Below, one piece after another: positions 36,641 to 45,815 of a DNA stretch of 61,987 nucleotides (the stretch's first letter is position 1; each line of letters opens with the position of its first letter). The notes under the pieces are model-generated. The model made no database searches. It was not told the origin of the DNA and worked only from the letters and a program-made list of their open reading frames with translations. The position numbers were made by a program, and so were the translations under genes. Source of the DNA: an uncultured Desulfurococcaceae archaeon (GTDB lineage: Archaea > Thermoproteota > Thermoprotei_A > Sulfolobales > Ignisphaeraceae); NCBI GenBank assembly GCA_964598805.1, contig CAZRDH010000071.1:1-61987 (forward strand), written 5' to 3'.

Positions 36641-37573
36641 ATGCTTTTCAAGGCGATCGAGCAAAAGCTCATTGATAGCGGGCTACTCGTCGAGAAGGAG
36701 TACGAGCTCAAGATGATAGTCGCTAGCTTGGTGGCTGAAGGCCACGTGCTGCTCGAAGGCGTGCCGGGGGTGGCTAAGACCTCCATGGCTAAAGCCGTGG
36801 CCAAGCTCCTTGACCTAGAGTTCAAGAGGATTCAGATGACCCCCGATCTCCTCCCCATGGACATCATAGGGTTCTACATGTACGATCAGCGCACCGGGGA
36901 ATTCAGGCTTAGGAAGGGCCCGATATTCACGAACATACTCCTTGCTGACGAGATAAACCGTGCGTCTCCACGAACTCAATCTGCTTTGCTAGAGGCTATG
37001 CAGGAGAGGCAGGTTACTATTGAGGGTAATACTCTTGTTTTGCCTAGGCCGTTCATGGTCATCGCTACGCAAAACCCAATAGAAATGGAAGGAACATTCC
37101 CACTACCAGAAGCACAACTAGATAGATTCCTAACGAAGATCGTTACGGGCTATCCGAGCCCAAAGGGATTTAGAGACTTGCTGAAGAGGATCGACGAGAT
37201 TGAGGCAGGTATAGAGAGCCTTAAGCCCGTTGTTTCGAGAGACGAAGTTCTTAAAGCTATCGAGGCCGCTAAGAGCGTTCGCGTAGACGATAGTATAATC
37301 GACTACATAGCGTCGATCGTAGAGGAAACGCGTAGCCACCCCGCAGTTAAGCTAGGTGGATCGCCACGAGCAGGCATAGCGATGCTGAGACTTGCTCGGG
37401 CATGGGCTTACCTAAGTGGTAGGAACTACGTTATTCCGGACGATGTGAAGGCCGTAGCTAAGCCAGCCCTGATACACCGAATAATACTGAAGCCAGAGTA
37501 CGAGATAGAGGGCGTTACTCCCGAACGCGTCATAGACGACATCCTCAAGAAGGTTCCGGTGCCCAAACCTTGA
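36641..37573 (+). CDS. moxR: MoxR-class AAA+ ATPase
   Basis: Walker A GVPGVAKT, Walker [10 protein letters not shown], plus [20 protein letters not shown]. Confidence 0.9.
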   Translation: MLFKAIEQKLIDSGLLVEKEYELKMIVASLVAEGHVLLEGVPGVAKTSMAKAVAKLLDLEFKRIQMTPDLLPMDIIGFYMYDQRTGEFRLRKGPIFTNILLADEINRASPRTQSALLEAMQERQVTIEGNTLVLPRPFMVIATQNPIEMEGTFPLPEAQLDRFLTKIVTGYPSPKGFRDLLKRIDEIEAGIESLKPVVSRDEVLKAIEAAKSVRVDDSIIDYIASIVEETRSHPAVKLGGSPRAGIAMLRLARAWAYLSGRNYVIPDDVKAVAKPALIHRIILKPEYEIEGVTPERVIDDILKKVPVPKP

Positions 37574-38616
37574 TGAAGGTTAAGCCCGTAGCGAAGATCT
37601 GCTCGGCGGTTGCGCTCCTAGTCACGATCTTAGCGACAACGCAATTAGTGTCGGTACTCGCTGAAGTTGACGAGGGGTGGCCATGGCCCTTTCCAAGGCA
37701 TAGCATAGGGTTTCCGCAAATCCTTAATGAGTCTATGCTTAACGAACTCGTGAAGTACTTGGAGGTACGGGGAGCACGGGTTTCGCCGCTGAACGCATCT
37801 ACTTCGGGCGCTGGGTACATACCTAAGGAGCTGGTATCGGAGGTAGCGTCTAGGCTAGGCGTTTCGCCTAGCTACATAGAATCCGTAATCAAGTCCGTGA
37901 ACGACGAAGAAACTAGGAGAATGCTTATCACCTTGCTACGTAGCTACGCTAATGGTCAGTTAAGCGTTAGCCAGCTACTTCAATTCCTCAAGCAGCTAGG
38001 CTCCAGAGCTTCGTCTGGGCAGCTTAGTGTTAGCGCTTACGAAGCCACGCTAGACTTAGTGAAGAGAATTAGCGAGTCGCTGAAGATAAACTTTAGCGAA
38101 GTTTATCAGCTAGCCCAAAAGAGCTGGTCCATACCTAGGTACCTATCGTCGCTATTGGGAGGCGCATCAATCGCTATGCCAACGGGCTTCTCATTGCCAT
38201 CGGCATCCCTCTACGGGCTTAAGGACGTTGGGATAGCCCTCGCCGCAACGTTTATAGCGATCGCGATAGCGATAGCCTTGATCGCGATCCTACGCAAGAT
38301 TAAGAGCGTTACGGCGCTGAGCTCGCGGTCCATACGCAGGGTCTTGGGGACGTACTTCGCTGAGGGCGTTGTGCGCGAATACTGGAGGGCTGTGCAATTA
38401 ATTAGCGCTAAGCTAGGGATATCGAGAATGGATTGGGAGACCCATTGGGAGTTCTTCGCTAAGGTCTCTAAGTACTTAGGTAGCGCTTCAGAGGCATTTC
38501 GAAGGCTAACCGAGCTATATGAGCTTCGGAGATTTGGAGGCGTTAAGCTTCGCGACATGGATGAGGAGGCTAGGAGATGTACCGAGGTGGTTAAACGGTG
38601 CCTAGAGTCAATGTGA
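37570..38616 (+). CDS. Membrane protein with a DUF4129-like C-terminal domain (tentative)
   Basis: Signal/TM helix, extracytoplasmic domain, TM helix ([20 protein letters not shown]), then REYWRAV...WETHWEF...[13 protein letters not shown] overlap with moxR. Confidence 0.45.
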   Translation: MMKVKPVAKICSAVALLVTILATTQLVSVLAEVDEGWPWPFPRHSIGFPQILNESMLNELVKYLEVRGARVSPLNASTSGAGYIPKELVSEVASRLGVSPSYIESVIKSVNDEETRRMLITLLRSYANGQLSVSQLLQFLKQLGSRASSGQLSVSAYEATLDLVKRISESLKINFSEVYQLAQKSWSIPRYLSSLLGGASIAMPTGFSLPSASLYGLKDVGIALAATFIAIAIAIALIAILRKIKSVTALSSRSIRRVLGTYFAEGVVREYWRAVQLISAKLGISRMDWETHWEFFAKVSKYLGSASEAFRRLTELYELRRFGGVKLRDMDEEARRCTEVVKRCLESM

Positions 38617-39707
38617 GGCTACTCCTCGAGCTCGCTCCACGAATAATCGCGTTGCTCTTGCTCTGGAGCTACATACCCAGCTTACTCTCAATCGCGTCGA
38701 CTTTCACCCTCTACCTCACGCTCTCGCCACTTATCGTAAAGCCGTTGCTGACGCTCACGGTATCGATCCTAGCAGTGATAACCATAGCTACAGCGAGCCC
38801 CTTGCTGTACTCTGTTACCGTAGTGTTGTCGATGGTCTTAGCCCTCTACACGCACTCAATGCCATCCATAGCGATTTCGGTAGTTGGTCTTGTAGCGCTC
38901 CTAGCTCTAGACACTCTCAAGTTTACGTACCGGCCTAAGCAAGTAGTTCGGGGCCTTGACCTCAAGCGAATTCTAGCGTCTATTGCCGCGATCATGGTCG
39001 TAACGGCGGCGTTGTGCATCTTACCCTCGAGTTACGTAGCTACCTTAGTGAACGGGTTGGTGAAGTACCTTAGCGAAGCCCCGAGCATCGTGTTGAGGTT
39101 GCTGGGTAGCAACCCCATCTTCGTATTGATACTCTCGATAGCTATCACGATAGCCCTCTACAAGATCGTGACCAACATCTTCGACATCGTAGCCCTATTC
39201 GCGCTTCCCTCGAGGGAGCTAGCGTTACGCGCTTTAACGATGGATAAGGTGCTTAAGGCATCGATAGAGGCCCCCCTAAAGAACCTTAAGGTTCTCGTAT
39301 TGGCTAGCCTCATCGCCCCACCCCTCTATGCCGTAGTCGCGAGAGTGTTGCTCCCCCTAGTAGTTAGCTACGTACCGTTCCTAGCGACCTTGCTATACAC
39401 TAAGTTAGGGACTATAGCCCTCATCATCATAATGTACCTTCTCTCCATAGCGATCGTGAGGCCCATCGTAACGCAGCTATCGGTTAATCCAGGGCGCGTA
39501 CTAGCATTATCGCTAACACTACTAGCGCTAATCTACGTCAGCGGGGTCGTGTTATCGCTGTACGTAACTAACGACCTGTGGTTCTCAATTACGCATCCCC
39601 GACTAGATCTCGTGGGCAACGAGATGGCGAGAGTCTACGTAGGTTTCTACACCCAATTCTTCTATATACTCGAGGACCTAATGCGTATGATAGGTGCAGC
39701 GCCTTGA
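38598..39707 (+). CDS. Polytopic membrane protein (about 9-10 TM)
   Basis: 369 aa, almost entirely hydrophobic helices, overlapping the upstream gene. Confidence 0.5.
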   Translation: MPRVNVRLLLELAPRIIALLLLWSYIPSLLSIASTFTLYLTLSPLIVKPLLTLTVSILAVITIATASPLLYSVTVVLSMVLALYTHSMPSIAISVVGLVALLALDTLKFTYRPKQVVRGLDLKRILASIAAIMVVTAALCILPSSYVATLVNGLVKYLSEAPSIVLRLLGSNPIFVLILSIAITIALYKIVTNIFDIVALFALPSRELALRALTMDKVLKASIEAPLKNLKVLVLASLIAPPLYAVVARVLLPLVVSYVPFLATLLYTKLGTIALIIIMYLLSIAIVRPIVTQLSVNPGRVLALSLTLLALIYVSGVVLSLYVTNDLWFSITHPRLDLVGNEMARVYVGFYTQFFYILEDLMRMIGAAP

Positions 39708-39721
39708 AAACCTGGATAAAG

Positions 39722-39928
39722 ATGGTCGTGTACATGGCCGTGGGGACGGCACTATTCGCGCTATCCATACTGTTCTTCCTATGGAGCGTTGGATTCATGC
39801 AGCACGCAATGGTTGCATCCTCTCTGCTATCAGCGCTAATCGGATTCTCGCTACTTTCAGGCTCCCTGTACATGTTTAGGCTATCAGCCTACATCTACGG
39901 GGTAGAGAAGGGTGGTTCCAGAGAGTAA
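39722..39928 (+). CDS. Small 2-TM membrane protein
   Basis: MVVYMAVGTALFALSILFFLW... The ATG at 39722 is chosen because the longer track ORF overlaps the previous gene. Confidence 0.3.
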   Translation: MVVYMAVGTALFALSILFFLWSVGFMQHAMVASSLLSALIGFSLLSGSLYMFRLSAYIYGVEKGGSRE

Positions 39929-41339
39929 GGATGCGGACGTTAAGTACAAGCTCGTTTCGGGATCGATAATAGCGGTCTTAGTGCTAATAGCTTTGATAGC
40001 CCTCGTCGCTAAGGGACCTCCAGCAATCTACCTCTACACCGGACCTACACCGCTAAACCAAGCGGCGCTAGGAACATCGCAGCTAGTGATACTGCTTAGG
40101 CACGAATACCCATTAACCATACCCGTCGAGAGCCTAGAGGATTTAGCTAGGTACGCTCGCGGAGAGCACTGCCTATTCATAGTAGTATCTCCTCAAGTAG
40201 AGATTTCGCGTAGCGACGCACACGCGATCGTTAGCTACTTGAGGAACTGCAAGCACTACGCCTTGCTCATAGCCGACGAGTCTAGGTACTCAAATAACTT
40301 GATAGAGGCTTTCGGTGCTCACACCCTCGTCGAGGGATCGATAGTTCTGAACGCCTCTAGCAAGTCCCCTTACCCCTACGCCGTATTCAATTTGCGAGGC
40401 GAAGTCATTGAGGTGAGGCTGGATATAGCGTCATCCCTATCTACGTGCCCTACGCTCCTTGGCTACGTTAGCAACGCCCTAATCCTCTACCCCAACAAGC
40501 CCCCTACCCTATCGAGAAGGGCTTGCATAGCAACGTATGAAAAGCGGGGTTCTGGAACGATAATCGTTGTAGGGGACGGCTCTCTATTCCTAAACCAGGT
40601 TTTAACGAGCTCTAGCGGGTCTAAGTACCGAGAGCTAATACTAAAGCTAGTTTCGATGCTATGCAATAACGATAGAGCGTGTAGGATCTTCGTAGACGCC
40701 ATTCACTACAAGGCGATTTCCCCTATCGAGGTCCTTAGGAATCCATCCATTGCTAAGTACGTGGATCCCTTCTCCCTCGTTCCAGCGCTAATAGCGTACG
40801 TAGTTCACCCAGCTACGTGGCTACCCCCAGCCCTAGAGCTAGCTAATAGATTCGTTACCTTCGTGTTCTCTAACTACGCTACTGCCGCTCTAGCAGCGCT
40901 AATAGCGATACTCATTTCCTACGCCGTGGCCAAGAGGCTCCTAGGCTCCGGAAGGGATGTTAGATTAATGCCGCAGCTAGAGTACGGCTCCGTATTCTCA
41001 ACGGAGCTTCACGACGCTATCGCTAGGGGTAGATACGCGTTTACGAAGGAGGACTTCGTGAACCTGTACTCCCTCGTCGATGAAGCGCTGAGGTCCGTGC
41101 TAGGCATAAGCCTTTCGGATCCTCAATGCGTAGACATCTTGGCTAAGTACATTGGTTCGGAGCGCGCTCGCAGGTTCGTAAGTACAATGAATTCCTATCT
41201 AGCTAAGGCTAGGGGCGAGAGGTTTCTACCCTTGGTACTCTCGTGGAATAGAGTTGTGAAGCGTATGCTTAGGGAGTCCGAGGAGGTGCTCAACGCTCTA
41301 GGCTCATCAATTGCAGAAAGGAGGGCGGTTCGCCTATGA
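39912..41339 (+). CDS. Membrane-anchored protein, DUF4350-like (tentative)
   Basis: N-terminal TM helix, large external domain, second TM helix (ATAALAALIAILISYAVA) and a cytoplasmic tail. The position between MoxR and DUF58 is typical. Confidence 0.4.
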   Translation: MVPESKDADVKYKLVSGSIIAVLVLIALIALVAKGPPAIYLYTGPTPLNQAALGTSQLVILLRHEYPLTIPVESLEDLARYARGEHCLFIVVSPQVEISRSDAHAIVSYLRNCKHYALLIADESRYSNNLIEAFGAHTLVEGSIVLNASSKSPYPYAVFNLRGEVIEVRLDIASSLSTCPTLLGYVSNALILYPNKPPTLSRRACIATYEKRGSGTIIVVGDGSLFLNQVLTSSSGSKYRELILKLVSMLCNNDRACRIFVDAIHYKAISPIEVLRNPSIAKYVDPFSLVPALIAYVVHPATWLPPALELANRFVTFVFSNYATAALAALIAILISYAVAKRLLGSGRDVRLMPQLEYGSVFSTELHDAIARGRYAFTKEDFVNLYSLVDEALRSVLGISLSDPQCVDILAKYIGSERARRFVSTMNSYLAKARGERFLPLVLSWNRVVKRMLRESEEVLNALGSSIAERRAVRL

Positions 41340-42676
41340 GGGGCTTAACGGAGTTAACCCACGTAGAGCCTACCCATAGGCTAGCTGCGCTCACTCTACT
41401 TGCTTCAGCGTTCGTAGCGCTATCAATATTCAATCGCAACACGCTGGCTATAGGCATAGCTCTGTTCCTCTTGATAGCTTGTTGCCGCGGAATGGTGACT
41501 ATCGAGGCTAGCGCTATTACCCGATGCAGTTTTAGCATAGAGGTGGTTGGGCGTAGCGAGGACGAGGAGCTTAGGGTTAGGGTGCGCATCGAGAATCGTA
41601 GCTTAGCGATAATACCCTTCGCCGAGATCTCGATAGAGCACTCACCGCATTTAAGGCTCGTAAAGGGATCCAAAGTGGTTTTAGCGACGATACCGCCTAG
41701 GTCTAGCATAGTCGTAGAGCTCTCGTTCGATCCTAGGGTTGGTAAGCATTGGATAGGGCCCGTAACGATCGTAGTGCGCGATCCTCTAGGGCTCTTCCGA
41801 AGCCAACCGATTAAGGTAAACGTCGTTAAGGAGGTCATGATAACGCCTCGCGTTAGCGAAGCCCAGCTACGCAGGATACTCGTTAAGACTAGGAGTAGTG
41901 GGGTAGTACGAAGTAGGGAGCCGGGAACGGGCGTGGAGTTCTTTAGCGTTAGGGAGTATAGGCCTGGGGATGATTTGAGAAGAGTTGATTGGAAGCACTT
42001 CGCCGCAACCTCTAGGCTCGTCGTGAAGGAGCTCGAACGCGAGACTTTTCAAAGCGTGGCCTTCGTTATCGACGCTACCTCCCCTACGCTCCTAGGCCCC
42101 CGAAAGAGTACGCCGCTAGAGCACGTACTTAGGATAGTATCATCGCTATCGCTATACCTATCACGGCGCGGAGACCTGCAGATGGTTTTGGTATACAGCA
42201 AGCGTGGCGTTACGTGCTCTAGGCTTGTTCGCGGTAGGAGCGCGTTTAAGGAGGTTCTAGGGGTCTTATCCTCGATAGAGCTCGACACCGAGGAAACGAG
42301 TGAGGAGGATAGGTGTCGAGCTCTTAGTGAAGCCGTTAAGAAGCTCGTTTCTGCGCTACCTCGAGAGAGAAACGTCGTGTTCATGTTCACCGTTAGTGGA
42401 GGCGATAGGTATCTAGACGCGTTGGTGAAGGCGATAACCACGATCTCGTCGCTAGGAAATGTTGTGTACGTAGTGCTACCGCTAGCAACCCTCTACCAGG
42501 AGCAGGACTTGCCTAAGTGGGCTAGGCTCGTGTTTAGGGTTAAGGCGTACGAGGCGCTGAAGAGGGAGGAGAGCTTCGCTAGGAAGTTGAGGTCGAAGGG
42601 AGTGAAAGTAGTGGTATCGCTCCCGCAGTACATACCGATGACCATTGCGAGCATCATTGAGCGAATGGCTGCCTAA
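41336..42676 (+). CDS. DUF58 (vWA-like) protein, MoxR partner
   Basis: EFFSVREYRPGDDLRRVDWKHFA is the DUF58 signature. Two N-terminal TM helices and an ATGA overlap. Confidence 0.8.
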   Translation: MRGLTELTHVEPTHRLAALTLLASAFVALSIFNRNTLAIGIALFLLIACCRGMVTIEASAITRCSFSIEVVGRSEDEELRVRVRIENRSLAIIPFAEISIEHSPHLRLVKGSKVVLATIPPRSSIVVELSFDPRVGKHWIGPVTIVVRDPLGLFRSQPIKVNVVKEVMITPRVSEAQLRRILVKTRSSGVVRSREPGTGVEFFSVREYRPGDDLRRVDWKHFAATSRLVVKELERETFQSVAFVIDATSPTLLGPRKSTPLEHVLRIVSSLSLYLSRRGDLQMVLVYSKRGVTCSRLVRGRSAFKEVLGVLSSIELDTEETSEEDRCRALSEAVKKLVSALPRERNVVFMFTVSGGDRYLDALVKAITTISSLGNVVYVVLPLATLYQEQDLPKWARLVFRVKAYEALKREESFARKLRSKGVKVVVSLPQYIPMTIASIIERMAA

Positions 42677-42678
42677 CT

Positions 42679-43731
42679 CTATGTGCGCTCGAGTACGCAT
42701 AGGAAGAAGCCTTGCATACCGTGCTCGTGAGGCCAAATGCGTAGGCACTTCCTAACCTCGTTGCTAATCGGGAGGTTGGGTAGATCCGTTATCCCGGGGC
42801 GCCCGACGCCTAGCTCTATAGGCACGATCCTTACATCGTTGAACGCTTCGAGGATCTTGCTAACAACGTACTCGTTCTCCTCTGGGGCTATGCTACACGT
42901 TGAGTACACGACCCTACCCCCAGGGGTAGCTAGCTCTATTGCAGCGGCTAGGAGCTCTACCTCCCTAGCAACGAGCTTAGCTAGCTCCTGAACGCTTGTC
43001 TTCGTCTTCCTACTGGGGTCGAACATTATCCCTCCCTCAGCGCTACACGGTACATCAGCAACAACGTACTCAAACCTCTTGGGCAGAATCCTTGGGAGTA
43101 GCCTAGCATCCACGTTGGTAACGACGAAGGACTTGAACCCCATTCTAACCAAGTGCGAGACCAATATCGGTATCCTAGACCTAGCCTTGTCGTTAGCTAT
43201 CAGGAGCCCTTCATCCCTCATTAGCTGAAGTACGTGGGTTGCCTTGCCTCCAGGCGCTGCACATATGTCGATCGCTATGGATTCCGGCCTAGGGTTAAGG
43301 GCGATAGGGGGGATTGTGGGAGCTGGATCCCTATAGACGAAGTAGAGGCCCTTGAGATACTCATGCGTTGCGCCTATGGTCGGACTCCTAGGCGCCTCGA
43401 CTATCTCCAAGCAGTAGCTACACCAAGGTAGCTCCCTTAGCTTAAACCCGAGGCTCTCCAAGCGCTTAACTAAATCGCGGGTATCCACTCTCAACGTGTT
43501 TACGCGGATAACAGTTCTAAACCTGAAGTTCTCGAAGGCTTCTAGAAGTCTTTCAGTGCCTTCCCTACCGAGCATCTCCTCGTACCTACAGACCATGTAC
43601 TCCAAGTATCCGTACCTAGAAGCTGTTCGCTGAGCCCACTCGCTACACCTCCACCACGTAATCTCCTTAAGGACCTCGCTAGCACTAACCCTCATGCATT
43701 CACCGCGGCATACATATTCGAATAGCGGCAA
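42679..43731 (-). CDS. NOL1/NOP2/Sun family RNA m5C methyltransferase (second copy, Trm4-like)
   Basis: DICAAPGGKATH, DVPCSAEG and YSTCS motifs. Confidence 0.85.
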   Translation of the reverse strand: MPLFEYVCRGECMRVSASEVLKEITWWRCSEWAQRTASRYGYLEYMVCRYEEMLGREGTERLLEAFENFRFRTVIRVNTLRVDTRDLVKRLESLGFKLRELPWCSYCLEIVEAPRSPTIGATHEYLKGLYFVYRDPAPTIPPIALNPRPESIAIDICAAPGGKATHVLQLMRDEGLLIANDKARSRIPILVSHLVRMGFKSFVVTNVDARLLPRILPKRFEYVVADVPCSAEGGIMFDPSRKTKTSVQELAKLVAREVELLAAAIELATPGGRVVYSTCSIAPEENEYVVSKILEAFNDVRIVPIELGVGRPGITDLPNLPISNEVRKCLRIWPHEHGMQGFFLCVLERT

Positions 43732-43779
43732 TAACTTTAGATATCTCTACTCACAGCGCTATACAAAGGCAAGGAGTGC

Positions 43780-44889
43780 ATGAACTACAAACGCTGGCTA
43801 TGCATAGCGTTAACGCTTGCGCTAACAACCTTCAACTTCGCATACATAGCCAACTCGTCCATAGCATCGTTAATGCTTAAAGACTCCTTCTATCCATACA
43901 ATACCGTGCTCCCGCTCTACAACTTGACCCCGGCGTTCGTCGTTTCGCCGAACCGGACGGTGGTCGGGGTGCTGGTAGAGGCTCTCAGCTCTTCGCAGAA
44001 CCTCGTCTACGGAACGTTCGATATAGGGGTCGATGGCTGGCGGTATGGGGAGTACGATCCTCAGAACCTGCTGTACTGGGTTTGGGTAAACGATAGCGGG
44101 TACCTCGACTGGGGCTACGCCGGGTTCCTAGCCATCGACATACCGCAGAGCCCCACCGGCGCTACCTACGGCTACCAGGTCATGTACGTCAACTTCACGA
44201 CGCCTAAGGACGCGATCAACGCTTCGCTTAGCTTCGCCTACTACTTCTGGGTATCCACCTACGTCGCGCTCCCTAGCGCCGAGCTCGTGGTGGGGGTGTA
44301 CGACTGGTCGACGGGGAACCTCACTACCGTAGCGACCATACCCCTAAACGTGGCGAGCGGCTTAACGCCCCTACCCAGCGGCTCGTCCTCGTGGCTTACC
44401 TACAGCGTTAACCTCACTACCTACCTCCAGCCCGGCAAGACCTACGCCCTCGTCCTCGCGGCGATTTGGCCCGAGCAAGTGATCTCTACCTACAACGCGA
44501 CGCTGTTCTTCGACGACGTGGAGCTCACGGTGTTTAGGGAGCTCCGGGTTTTCAGCGGCGACGTGGTTTACGCTAACTACAGCTACAACTCGACGCTATC
44601 CGTGAGGATAACCCTAGCGAAGCTAGCGTGCCTCAACTCCTCGATAGGGATATCCCTCGTCACGGGGCTCCAGAGATCCGTTCCCGCGATAAACGTTACG
44701 AACTGCACCGTGTACCAAGCCAGTAGCGGGTGGGTAACTGTATCCAGCAACGCGCTACAAAACGAGCTATACGTAGAGGTTACCTACGAGAGCCCCGGAG
44801 GCTACCTAAACGCTACCCTACGCCTCGAAGCCGTTAGCGGAGGGCACCGCGTAGTCGAGACCATATACATCAACGCGAGCACTAGGTGA
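43780..44889 (+). CDS. Secreted protein rich in N-glycosylation sequons
   Basis: Signal/TM helix (LCIALTLALTTFNFAYIA) and many N-x-S/T sites (NLT, NRT, NDS, NFT, NAS, NLT, NAT, NYS, NST, NSS, NVT, NCT). Confidence 0.5.
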   Translation: MNYKRWLCIALTLALTTFNFAYIANSSIASLMLKDSFYPYNTVLPLYNLTPAFVVSPNRTVVGVLVEALSSSQNLVYGTFDIGVDGWRYGEYDPQNLLYWVWVNDSGYLDWGYAGFLAIDIPQSPTGATYGYQVMYVNFTTPKDAINASLSFAYYFWVSTYVALPSAELVVGVYDWSTGNLTTVATIPLNVASGLTPLPSGSSSWLTYSVNLTTYLQPGKTYALVLAAIWPEQVISTYNATLFFDDVELTVFRELRVFSGDVVYANYSYNSTLSVRITLAKLACLNSSIGISLVTGLQRSVPAINVTNCTVYQASSGWVTVSSNALQNELYVEVTYESPGGYLNATLRLEAVSGGHRVVETIYINASTR

Positions 44890-44935
44890 TGACTTAAGCC
44901 GTGAGCTGATTCGTGATGAGGGACTCCGTCACTGA
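44886..44935 (+). ncRNA. Box C/D sRNA
   Basis: GUGAUGA-CUUAAGCCGUGAG-CUGA-UUC-GUGAUGA-GGGACUCCGUCA-CUGA. The C box contains the TGA stop of the upstream ORF. The sRNA fills the whole 49-nt convergent gap. Confidence 0.85.
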
Positions 44936-44938
44936 TAC

Positions 44939-45475
44939 CTACCTTAAGCGCCTACGCAATCTTCTCCAAGGCTCGAAGCATGCAACCCTCCATACGTGCC
45001 TGAAAGCCCCTTCACTACGGTGTATAACTGCTAGGAGCTCGCGAAGCTCCATACCCTTGTAGAGAACTACCTCGTCCTCGAAAGCGCATAGCCCCATGAC
45101 CACGAGCTCCGCGGCGCGCTCATCGATTTCGGCTAGCTCGTATAGCGATACCTCCCTGTAACCCAAGGACTTGAATAACCTTCTAGACCTATCGTTATCG
45201 CTCGATGTCGAGGCCATGAACACGCTACATCCCCTCGCCTCTAAGAGCTCCTCTACGGAAAGCACGAGAGCCTTCCCCACTCCTCGACCTTCCACATCCC
45301 TCGAGATAGCGACGTAGTACACAACACCTATCTTAGGTCTCGAGGGTATCGCTAGCGCAACCGCTACCCCAACAACGCGTGAGTCTAGGCGCGCGCACAG
45401 CCAAGTCCCTACGCCGCTACTCGCTGCTTCCTTAGCGTAGTATCCATGCCACCAACCCATTCTTTCCTCAACCAA
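44939..45475 (-). CDS. GNAT family N-acetyltransferase
   Basis: VEGRGVGKALV carries the Q/RxxGxG/A acetyl-CoA motif. Confidence 0.75.
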   Translation of the reverse strand: MVEERMGWWHGYYAKEAASSGVGTWLCARLDSRVVGVAVALAIPSRPKIGVVYYVAISRDVEGRGVGKALVLSVEELLEARGCSVFMASTSSDNDRSRRLFKSLGYREVSLYELAEIDERAAELVVMGLCAFEDEVVLYKGMELRELLAVIHRSEGAFRHVWRVACFEPWRRLRRRLR

Positions 45476-45513
45476 CCTCGCAACGAAGTCTATATCGCAC
45501 TTCTCCTCGATGA

Positions 45514-45562
45514 TCAGCCTTGAAACACCTCATCACGGCTCAGCGTTCACAGCCAACATCAT
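45514..45562 (-). ncRNA. Box C/D sRNA
   Basis: AUGAUGU-UGGCUGUGAACG-CUGA-GCC-GUGAUGA-GGUGUUUCAAGG-CUGA, 49 nt. Confidence 0.8.
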
Positions 45563-45585
45563 CGCGATAGGAGTTTACTAGAGGG

Positions 45586-45593
45586 GTAAAAAC
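45586..45593 (-). promoter_or_regulatory. TATA-like box for the sRNA at 45514-45562
   Basis: The minus strand reads GCGTTTTTACCC, centred about 27 nt upstream of the C box. Confidence 0.4.
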
Positions 45594-45680
45594 GCCTCTC
45601 CACAAGCGGACCCTACGCGAAGCGCAAGCGAGGCAGCGACCATGAGCGCCATAGCGAGCCAGCGCTTGGTACGGCATGAA

Positions 45681-45730
45681 TCAGTCGCAGCAACGCTCAT
45701 CACTAATCAGGGGGTAGGCCAAGTCATCAT
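45681..45730 (-). ncRNA. Box C/D sRNA
   Basis: AUGAUGA-CUUGGCCUACCCC-CUGA-UUA-GUGAUGA-GCGUUGCUGCGA-CUGA, 50 nt. Confidence 0.8.
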
Positions 45731-45736
45731 CTGGGG

Positions 45737-45786
45737 TCGGTCAAATGCCTTCTCATCATTGCTCAGAGCCGGGAGTAACTCGTCAT
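45737..45786 (-). ncRNA. Box C/D sRNA candidate
   Basis: AUGACGA-GUUACUCCCGGCU-CUGA-GCA-AUGAUGA-GAAGGCAUUUGA-CCGA. It ends 6 nt upstream of the next sRNA. Confidence 0.6.
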
Positions 45787-45815
45787 TCCCAGCACCAGTA
45801 CCTCTTTCTAACGCC

